A DNA stretch of 49,809 bases, taken from assembly GCA_964472425.1 (NCBI GenBank), contig CAYYLF010000002.1, positions 1 through 49,809 on the forward strand, read 5' to 3'. Numbering within the stretch: position 1 is the stretch's first letter; each line of letters opens with the position of its first letter. The notes beneath the pieces were generated by a model. The model saw only the letters and a list, made by a program, of their open reading frames with translations. It was not told the origin of the DNA and ran no database searches. The translations under genes and the position numbers were made by a program. Shown here piece by piece: positions 43,601 to 49,809 of this stretch. Origin of the DNA: an uncultured Muribaculaceae bacterium. Its GTDB lineage: Bacteria; Bacillota_I; Bacilli_A; RF39; UBA660.

Positions 43601-45194
43601 TTGGCTGAATGCCATCGACCCGATTATCTTGATAGACAACCTCGTCAAAAAATACGGCTTTGTCCGCACTCCGTACGACGTGAAAGCCATCATAGGTGAA
43701 TACGATGCGCCCGAAAAGCAAGAGCAAAACATCTTAATATACGACCTCGCCAAAGACGGCAATACGGTCATCTACGGAAACGACGAAATCGAAAGAGAAA
43801 AAGTTCTGAACGCGATTATCTACTCGATATGTACGGCCCACACGGCCAAAGAGATAAACATCTACTGCATCGACTACGGTTCGGAACAGCTGAGAATGTT
43901 CGGTCGTCTTCCTCAAATCGGTGGACTCGTCTACATGGGCGACGACGAAGGAATCAAAAACCTCTTCAAATTGATAGTCGAAGAGATTAAGTCGAGGAAG
44001 AAAAAACTCGTCCAATACGGCGGTTCACTCGAAAGTTACAACAAGAAAAACGAGGTTAAACTTCCTCAAATATTGTTCGTAATAAACAACTACGAAGGAC
44101 TCACCGAAATATACAATTCTATCTACGAGGACATCGCCTCTATCGGTCGCGACTGTGAAAGATACGGCATCACCCTCGTCCTCACGTGCAACACTCCATC
44201 GACCCTCGGTCGCCGCGTGGCTCAATGCTTCAACAACAAATATGCTCTCCATCTTTCGGACCCATCTGATTATTATGGCATATTCACTTTGAAATCGAAG
44301 ATAAGACCGCGAGACATTTTAGGACGGGGGCTCGTCTCGAACGACGGAGTACACGAATTTCAAACTGCTTCGATAGTGCCGCCGGAAACGAGTCTGAACG
44401 AATACGTCGAAAACCTCACCGAGCGTATAATCGAACTTGACACCTCGACTGCCAAACCGATTCCAGCCTTGCCTAAGAAGGTCACTTACGAAATCGTCGC
44501 GAACGAAATTTCAGACCTTTCCAAAGTGCCTATCGGCATAGCCAAAAATTCGCTCCGCGTGATAAAGTACGACTTCCGAGCTTTCCCGATGACGACCATC
44601 GCTTCGAACAAACTTTCGAACATCGACTCGTTCATGGATTCACTTCTCGAAGTATTGGTTCGCGTGAGCGAACTGACCGTCTTCTTTATCGATACGGTTG
44701 GAGTTCTGCCTGTCGCGGCAACTAAGGCAAATGGCAGCAAGAAGATAAACTATTTCGACACCGGATTCGACGAGATTCTCGAAAAGTTCACCTCGATTGA
44801 AAAGAGTTCAGAATACGACAAATACCAGATACTCTACATATTCTATGGCCTCGAAAAACTCAAGAGTAAAGCTGAAACTTCCAAAATTGAAGCTTTCTTT
44901 GGTGCCTTGAAGACGAGCGAACACAGTCATGCGATAATCGCGGACGGCTCTAAAAACCTCAAGTCTCTCGACATGGATATGTGGTATTCTAAAATCAAGA
45001 ACAACACAGACGGCATATGGATAGGTCGCGGCTTCTCCGACCAACAAAACTTCCGCATCAGCAAGATAACCAAAGAAATGTCCGAGCCGCTCGCCAACAA
45101 CTACGGCTTCTATCTAAACGAAAGCAATGCCGAACTCATGAAAGTTCTCGAATTCAACGATTTACTAAAAGAGGAGGATGAAGATGAAGAATAA
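40614..45194 (+). CDS. essC: Type VII secretion (T7SSb) FtsK/SpoIIIE-family ATPase EssC/YukB-like
   Basis: N-terminal tandem FHA-like region. Two TM helices (LLLTIGPMLTMGCVSLIMFL; LLSSMAMLASTLLWPTL). D1 Walker A GMTGSGKSE (42735-42758), Walker B LFIICDEFAEL, GVHLILATQKPSG. 1526 aa. Confidence 0.9.
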   Translation: MKIYLYLKNKILTFALPQKVSGNFNFDEHSYEESKLINIEAIDSKWYLYSTSDVNIISNGMVLARVALEKDQYYFVKRAGVDYMLFATDAFDASFLPYKYSQDTALTIGNDSSCNIKFSSPFVKGVAARIRISGTDIGLDTLETTVYLNNVALEPKTTNYPLKGGDELNIYGLKLMFLNGFLLLNNPHNTVTCNTASAKLSSYQLTYGNDPQDLEIKDAELYSKDDYFSKSPRIRRTIKTKEITLSPPPRQDKETEMPLLLTIGPMLTMGCVSLIMFLNTLGNISNGKATLAQSWPSLLSSMAMLASTLLWPTLTRIFNKTLKAKRKRELIRKYTRYLDTKREELSKEQKLQHEILLENLIPVSECLNIIQSGKARFWDKRIEQSDFLEVRLGTGKEHLDVKINYPEEGFTIDEDDLRKQADALVEEFAYLYDVPIGYSLYKNKITALMGDANKCNGMLQNIILQLLTFYSYEDIKIVVITNPLNQDKWEYVRYLNHSFSNDKQIRFFSSDAEGAKRICDYLNTELTSRIQLAQDGAKFFKPYYVIFTDNYSQIKRHNFTKTMTEYDENLGFSLVIQESRMSKLPSKCNNFITLSGSSADILKNSFEAQEASSFHEEINASIDMMAVARKISNIPIEFEEGTKQLPDSITFLEMERVGKVEQLNIMNRWDTNDSTTSLKAEIGVDDEGSPMYLDLHEKYHGPHGLIAGMTGSGKSEFIITYILSMAINYSPDDVAFILIDYKGGGLAGAFENKTTGFVLPHLAGTITNLDKAEMDRTLVSIDSEIKRRQKIFNEARDRLGESTIDIYKYQTFFKEGRLTEPVPHLFIICDEFAELKSQQPEFMDNLISVARIGRSLGVHLILATQKPSGVVNDQIWSNTKFRVCLKVQDASDSKEMLKRPEAASIKQTGRFYLQVGYDEYFALGQSAWCGAKYFPSEKIVKQVDKSINFIDDTGNVIKSIQSGNNIKIEAQGEQLAAIMTNIVEVARTFGKKTKRLWLNAIDPIILIDNLVKKYGFVRTPYDVKAIIGEYDAPEKQEQNILIYDLAKDGNTVIYGNDEIEREKVLNAIIYSICTAHTAKEINIYCIDYGSEQLRMFGRLPQIGGLVYMGDDEGIKNLFKLIVEEIKSRKKKLVQYGGSLESYNKKNEVKLPQILFVINNYEGLTEIYNSIYEDIASIGRDCERYGITLVLTCNTPSTLGRRVAQCFNNKYALHLSDPSDYYGIFTLKSKIRPRDILGRGLVSNDGVHEFQTASIVPPETSLNEYVENLTERIIELDTSTAKPIPALPKKVTYEIVANEISDLSKVPIGIAKNSLRVIKYDFRAFPMTTIASNKLSNIDSFMDSLLEVLVRVSELTVFFIDTVGVLPVAATKANGSKKINYFDTGFDEILEKFTSIEKSSEYDKYQILYIFYGLEKLKSKAETSKIEAFFGALKTSEHSHAIIADGSKNLKSLDMDMWYSKIKNNTDGIWIGRGFSDQQNFRISKITKEMSEPLANNYGFYLNESNAELMKVLEFNDLLKEEDEDEE

Positions 45195-45564
45195 AGTGCT
45201 GATAAGACTGTTCGTTCCCGAACTCGACTACACCTTCGATGTCTTTATACCGATTAACGAGATAATCTGGAAAGTGAAAAAACTCCTAGCTAAATCCGTG
45301 AGCGACCTCACTTCCGGTGCAATCAATCCTGCGGCCGACTACACTTTGATAAACAAAGTGACGAGCAAAGTCTATGACAACAACGACATAGTCGCGAACA
45401 CCGACATCCGAAATGCAACCGAACTTCTGTTTCTCTCGGTCAAGGAGAATAACATCGCTTTCAACAAGTCGATTCCCATTCCAGATTCACCAAAACATAA
45501 TGCTACTACCGAACCTAAACAAAACGTTCTCGAGAACATCTTCGAAAAGTTTACAGCCAAGTAA
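45178..45564 (+). CDS. esaB: YukD/EsaB-like ubiquitin-fold T7SS accessory protein with a C-terminal tail
   Basis: Overlaps the essC stop. VLIRLFVPELDYTFDVFIPINEIIWKVKKLL....... YTLINKVTSKVYDNNDIVANTDIRNATELLFL resembles YukD/EsaB. The GAGGAGG RBS favours the ATG at 45184. Confidence 0.6.
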   Translation: MKMKNKVLIRLFVPELDYTFDVFIPINEIIWKVKKLLAKSVSDLTSGAINPAADYTLINKVTSKVYDNNDIVANTDIRNATELLFLSVKENNIAFNKSIPIPDSPKHNATTEPKQNVLENIFEKFTAK

Positions 45565-45573
45565 ACTTTTTTC

Positions 45574-45607
45574 TTGGCAAAAGTAGGATGCATCCTACTT
45601 TTGCCAA
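45574..45607. repeat. Perfect 34-nt palindrome TTGGCAAAAGTAGGATG|CATCCTACTTTTGCCAA
   Basis: Read directly. Sits 10 nt after the esaB-like stop. Confidence 0.95.
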
Positions 45608-45653
45608 TGACTATTTCCGCAATTTGTTTTTTAATACTGCCAGGTGATAACGT

Positions 45654-46018
45654 ATGATTAAAAGAGAAATCGAGAAAAAACTTAAATCTATCTCCGATAC
45701 TAGACGAGTTTTGCTTATTACTGGAGCAAGACAAGTAGGGAAATCTACACTTGTAAAAAATATTCGAGAAACAGACCGTGTATATGTGACTTTAGATGAC
45801 TTATCTCTATGAGAGCTAACTCAAAACGGCCCTAAACTATGAAGGGAAAATTGATAATAGATGAGGTTCAGTATGCTCCAAAATTATTTTCCTATATAAA
45901 AATGGAAGTAGATAACTCTAAAGAAAAAGGTAAATTCTGGTTGACTAGCAATCAGTATGTTATGGGGATAAAAATGATAAAGAGAACTTGTCAAAAGTTC
46001 CCGTCGTGCCGAGCGTAG
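45654..46018 (+). pseudogene. Decayed COG1373/DUF4143 ATPase gene
   Basis: MIKREIEKKLKSISDTRRVLLITGARQVGKSTLVKN...YVTLDDLSL then TGA (45810). A second TGA at 45840. A frameshift, then KLIIDEVQYAPKLFSYIKMEVD..GKFWLTSNQ (Walker B region). The rest of the gene is missing. Confidence 0.75.
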
Positions 46019-46207
46019 GCGATGCCAACAGAGACGAACACATATTATCCAATAAGTTAATGAACACAATCATGTGTTCCTTTTTCTATTCTACTATACA
46101 CTCAAACCGTAAAACATATTGTGAAATCTTTAGAACTTTGTTACAATTAAAATAGTAGGTAATAGAAAAGCAAACTATATTATTTACCATGAAAAGAGAG
46201 ATAAAAA

Positions 46208-46879
46208 ATGAGTTTAAATCCAACGGGAGGAAATATCGTAGGTTACAATGCACAGGCAATTGAAGAACTGGGAAGTTATATAAACTCTATTGCTTCTAAA
46301 ACTGGAAGCAACATAGTAGAAAGACTACATACGAGCATCATCGTACCTATGTCGACAGTCTGGTATGCACCGGAGGCTAAATCTTTTTTTGAAGGACTAG
46401 CCACTGCCGTAGAACAATCTGGCGAAGCGATTACAGATGCCTTCGACGCTTTTAGAAACGCCATCCAAGAAGCCGGAAGAGTCTGGGCTGAAGCTACGGG
46501 CGGAGCCGTACCAACTTTGTCGTCCATTTGCAAAGTCGAATTGATTCTCTGCACATCCGAAATTCAATCGAGCAATGCTGGAAGTGTCACGATAGACGTC
46601 GCCCAAGCAACTGCGATTGCCAACAGCGTATCGGAAGTTAGAGAAACCATCAGAACCGACTTGCAAACGCTTGCCGACCAATTGGATGCCGAATCGGCAT
46701 TCATAGGACAAGGACAAGCCCAAGCCGTCGCTCAATGCTTTGCGACCATAAGCGAATGTGTCGACAAAATTTTCGACTATCTCACAGAAGGAGAAGACTC
46801 TCTACAAAGACAAATCAACAAGGCTGCCAAAAAATACAAAGACATGTCCGGCGAAGTATCTAGTGCTTTTACGAACTAA
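46208..46879 (+). CDS. Candidate T7SS substrate: helical protein with two WXG100-like halves
   Basis: Half 1: ...YNAQAIEELGSYINSI...STVWYAPEAKSFFEGL.... Half 2: ...IDVAQATAIANSVSEVRETI...SAFIGQGQAQAVAQCF.... Ala/Gln/Glu-rich, no TM. Context is downstream of essC. Confidence 0.45.
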   Translation: MSLNPTGGNIVGYNAQAIEELGSYINSIASKTGSNIVERLHTSIIVPMSTVWYAPEAKSFFEGLATAVEQSGEAITDAFDAFRNAIQEAGRVWAEATGGAVPTLSSICKVELILCTSEIQSSNAGSVTIDVAQATAIANSVSEVRETIRTDLQTLADQLDAESAFIGQGQAQAVAQCFATISECVDKIFDYLTEGEDSLQRQINKAAKKYKDMSGEVSSAFTN

Positions 46880-46974
46880 AGAATATTTTTCAGAAAGAGA
46901 ACATTCTTTCTCTGAATACATGGGAATGTATTGCATGAGTACATTCCCGTATATTTGGAAAATGGGTGATAACT

Positions 46975-47535
46975 ATGATAGAAGTCGATACGGCGAATCT
47001 TAAAACCGCCTTGACCACTTTAGAAACATTGATAAACGAATACGAAGAAATAGAACTCAACCTTTTCAACCAACTCAACCAAGTTGGAATAGACTGGCAA
47101 GATGGAAATGCCACAATCTTCGCGGACAAAATCTACCTCGATAAAAAGGAAAGCGACCTCTACGTACAGTCCCTGAAGGCGAAGAAAGACGTCACGGCAT
47201 ACGTGTATGAAAGGTATTCGAGTCTCGGTAAAAAAATACGTTGCAACTTGAATAGTCGTACGACTGTCCTTCGTGCCCTCGAAGAATGCCAAAATCGTGC
47301 CATCTCGCTCGCTCGCTCATTCGAAAACATCGATATAAATGTTCTTATGACCGAAAAAGACATCGTCGAAAGTCAAAGAAAAAAAATAAATAAAGTCGCA
47401 GCCACTTTAACGGAAATAAAGAAAGATACCTCTAAAATGTACGACCAAATAGAAACTATAGAAAAGAACGTCGAAGCCAAAATTCGTGACCTCGAAAAAA
47501 TCAAAATAAACGACTTCGGACTAGAACTCGAATAG
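46975..47535 (+). CDS. Candidate LXG/WXG-like helical protein (no toxin domain)
   Basis: MIEVDTANLKTALTTLETLINEYEEI...GIDWQDGNATIFADKI (W-x-x-G-x-A), followed by a coiled-coil-like region. GTG 46966 is an alternative start. Confidence 0.45.
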   Translation: MIEVDTANLKTALTTLETLINEYEEIELNLFNQLNQVGIDWQDGNATIFADKIYLDKKESDLYVQSLKAKKDVTAYVYERYSSLGKKIRCNLNSRTTVLRALEECQNRAISLARSFENIDINVLMTEKDIVESQRKKINKVAATLTEIKKDTSKMYDQIETIEKNVEAKIRDLEKIKINDFGLELE

Positions 47536-47545
47536 GAGGAAAACC

Positions 47546-47842
47546 ATGAACCAAGGAATACTCGATAGACCTGCCCTCGAAAGGGACATCGAACAGATAA
47601 ATTATTATTCTACCGAAGAAAAGGCGACTTTGACGGCTATATTCTCTCAGATGAATGCCTGCCTCGCGTGCTACCAAAGTCCAAACTCCAAACTGTTCGC
47701 CAATGAAATAGATGAAAGCAGAGAAGACATTGCCGCCCTCGAAAATAAAAGAACTATGTACACGGTGACTATCGATAAGGCTATTAGAACGTACGAAGAC
47801 CTCGCTAAACACACGACAAAATACTTTGGAGATATCGTATGA
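47546..47842 (+). CDS. Small helical protein of WXG100 size (98 aa)
   Basis: AGGAGG RBS. Predicted helix-turn-helix hairpin size. ATGA overlap with the next gene. Confidence 0.4.
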   Translation: MNQGILDRPALERDIEQINYYSTEEKATLTAIFSQMNACLACYQSPNSKLFANEIDESREDIAALENKRTMYTVTIDKAIRTYEDLAKHTTKYFGDIV

Positions 47843-48084
47843 GTGAAACAGAAAGGCAAAAGATTTCTAATGCCGTCTCGGAACTGGAAGGTCTCGTCAC
47901 AAAAATCGACAATTTAACCGAAGACATCGGAAGTTTAAAGACGACGATTGGCGATGACATCTCTATCGATGACCATCCCTTCGATGAGGATAAACTGAAT
48001 TCGATTGAAAGTGACCTCGCGTCGATTTCGCATACGATAAAAAATACAGTAATCCCAAAAATATTAGAAAAAATAGAAGAATAA
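47839..48084 (+). CDS. Small acidic helical protein (81 aa)
   Basis: Translationally coupled to 47546..47842. No motif recognised. Confidence 0.4.
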   Translation: MSETERQKISNAVSELEGLVTKIDNLTEDIGSLKTTIGDDISIDDHPFDEDKLNSIESDLASISHTIKNTVIPKILEKIEE

Positions 48085-48136
48085 ATTGGAGGATTCGCAA
48101 AAGACCTAAAGCTTTTAATTTGACAATTGTAAAGAT

Positions 48137-48165
48137 TTTACAAAAAAGGCATTTTGCCATATAAT
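48137..48165 (+). promoter_or_regulatory. Sigma-A-type promoter
   Basis: TTTACA 48137-48142, 17-nt spacer, TATAAT 48160-48165. It lies inside the long ORF-track frame, which supports the ATG at 48187. Confidence 0.45.
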
Positions 48166-48186
48166 AATGGTGAAAAGGAGGTTCTC

Positions 48187-49467
48187 ATGCAGACACTCGA
48201 ATACAAAATTCCCACCCAAAATAAAGTCGAAAAAAAATTCTTCGTCATCTCGGACCTCCACATCGCTCGCGAAAAAGACCTCGAAAAACTGGACAAAATA
48301 ATCTATCAACTTTCTAAAACGGCCGGCTTATCGGGAAGAAGATACGATGCGATATTCGTCGTCGGTGACATAATCGACGCGACTAACGCTCTTCGAAGCC
48401 CCAAAATCGTAAGAAAACTGTTGAATTTTCTTCGCGAACTCGGACAAACTGCTCCGACTTTCCTCGCTATCGGAAATCACGACTTGTGCTACTCGTACAA
48501 AACGAGATGGAAACCTCGTTACTTTCGACCTGACCCTTATTACTTACAAGAACACATCCTCGATGAAGCTTGGAACTACGAGGGAATCGAAATCTTAGAT
48601 AACGAAACATACGAACTCGACGACGACTACACGATAAGCGTCTACAATCCGCCTCTCGAATACATGTCCGATGCTCCCGACGGAAACGATTCCTATCTAG
48701 AAAGAAAAGAAATAAAGCAATATGCCTTCTTGAAAAAATTGGACCAAAACAAAGTTAATATTCTACTTTGTCATTATCCCAATGTCATAAAATTTCTTCA
48801 TAAAACCAATTATTTGAAAAAAATCGACCTCGCCATCGCCGGTCACAACCACCACGGCATGACACAGTTCTTGCACATGGATGCGATTCTCGATTTTTTG
48901 AGACTTCCGAATAGGGGAATAATTACCCCCGGAAAGAGTTTCAAACCGAAAGATACTAGAAAGATGAGAGGTCTCATGAAACTTGACGACACGACCCATC
49001 TACTCATAAATCCGGCCGTCACCTCACTTTCGTGGAACACGCGACCACTTTGCATCTTAAATCCACTTTTCTACTCGGGCTCATCCGCAGTTTCGTTAGT
49101 TACCATTTCAAACAAACCTGTAAAAGAAAAGAAAAAGAAAAAAATATACAAAGAAAAAGGAGAAACGCACATGGAATACATCGTAGAACTATTATTAGAA
49201 GTCGTCATAGAAGGCTCCATCGCCGGAAGCACGAACGACAAATTCCCGATGGCTATAAGAATAATTCTCGGAACTATAGTAGTCTTATTCTTCCTCTCTG
49301 TGACGATCGGACTCATCGTTCTCGGATTCGTCTTCTCGAAACAACATAAGATTTGTCTTCTGATATCTCTGATAGGTTTCATCATGCTAGGCTTTTCGCT
49401 CGGCAAAATATACGACTTATATATCGGAAACAAAAAAGAAAAACAGTCCGACGACTCTCAATTTTAA
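48187..49467 (+). CDS. Calcineurin-like metallophosphoesterase fused in frame to a C-terminal membrane module
   Basis: AAGGAGG RBS. VISDLHI, VVGDIID, AIGNHD, LLCHYP, IAGHNHHG motifs. The C-terminal ~100 aa carry two or three TM helices. Confidence 0.75.
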   Translation: MQTLEYKIPTQNKVEKKFFVISDLHIAREKDLEKLDKIIYQLSKTAGLSGRRYDAIFVVGDIIDATNALRSPKIVRKLLNFLRELGQTAPTFLAIGNHDLCYSYKTRWKPRYFRPDPYYLQEHILDEAWNYEGIEILDNETYELDDDYTISVYNPPLEYMSDAPDGNDSYLERKEIKQYAFLKKLDQNKVNILLCHYPNVIKFLHKTNYLKKIDLAIAGHNHHGMTQFLHMDAILDFLRLPNRGIITPGKSFKPKDTRKMRGLMKLDDTTHLLINPAVTSLSWNTRPLCILNPLFYSGSSAVSLVTISNKPVKEKKKKKIYKEKGETHMEYIVELLLEVVIEGSIAGSTNDKFPMAIRIILGTIVVLFFLSVTIGLIVLGFVFSKQHKICLLISLIGFIMLGFSLGKIYDLYIGNKKEKQSDDSQF

Positions 49468-49669
49468 AGTCTCACACGGGACTTTTTTTATCTTCAAAGA
49501 AAGTACTCAAATTGTGAGTAGATTCTCTGAGCTGTTATCAAAGGTAAATAATTCGTCATAATTTACAATCTTTTGTATAATTTTGGAGGCCAAAATCTTA
49601 TTAATTCCTTGAGTATTTTAGGCCATCATTTTATAATAGATATATACAAAGCCTAAGGGGGAATTGAGT

Positions 49670-49809
49670 ATGTATAGAGCATATAAGTTTAGATTGTATC
49701 CGACTCCCGAACAAAGACAGAGTATCAACCGATTTGTGGGTTGTTCACGCTTCATCTATAATCATTATCTTGATGTCATGAAAGAAAATGGATATAAAAA
49801 TAAGTTCGA
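49670..49809 (+). mobile_element. tnpB: 5' part of an IS200/IS605-family tnpB (OrfB) gene, truncated by the window edge
   Basis: MYRAYKFRLYPTPEQRQSINRFVGCSRFIYNHYLD matches the conserved TnpB N-terminus. GGGGGA RBS. Confidence 0.75.

Noticed and set aside
45884-46069. 61-aa minus-strand ORF
   Set aside because: It lies within the decayed ATPase pseudogene/terminator segment, with no start context or similarity to anything recognisable.
46758-47129. ORFs 46758..47003 (+) and 46890..47129 (-)
   Set aside because: They cross the intergenic stem-loops and overlap better-supported genes. No RBS is present.

Overview
This is a 49.8-kb chromosomal segment of a low-GC, standard-code Bacillota (Firmicutes) genome. 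The lineage looks endospore-forming (spoIVA, a SpoVB/MurJ-like flippase, Prp-processed bL27). The housekeeping backbone is mostly on the + strand: rimP(short)-nusA-ylxR-infB-rbfA-(orf)-truB; rplU-prp-rpmA; L20-leader-infC-rpmI-rplT; glmM plus a GlmU-C-like acetyltransferase (- strand); comN-like, rel, dtd, sanA-like; spoIVA, hup; scpA-scpB; and two tRNA-Leu genes. Accessory content is interleaved. (i) A four-member modular family of anchored/secreted proteins (417, 7014, 21697, 35047). Two members sit behind near-identical promoters with G10 / G9 homopolymers inside the -35/-10 spacer (candidate phase variation). One sits behind an XRE-regulated divergent promoter. (ii) A translationally coupled four-gene membrane module at 8.3-12.7 kb: vWA fusion, XpaC-like, SBP-like, SPFH (YdjI-like). 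(iii) Four copies (two intact, two decayed) of a COG1373/DUF4143-type AAA ATPase, with associated palindromes. (iv) Between and after the two tRNA-Leu genes: a YefM-YoeB pair, a HipA-like kinase, and a pared-down type VIIb-like secretion locus. That locus has only EssC and a YukD/EsaB-like protein, followed by WXG/LXG-like small helical proteins. It ends near an IS200/IS605-type tnpB fragment at the window edge. No rRNA gene or CRISPR array was seen. All functional calls rest on motif recognition by eye; no database search or folding computation was possible.
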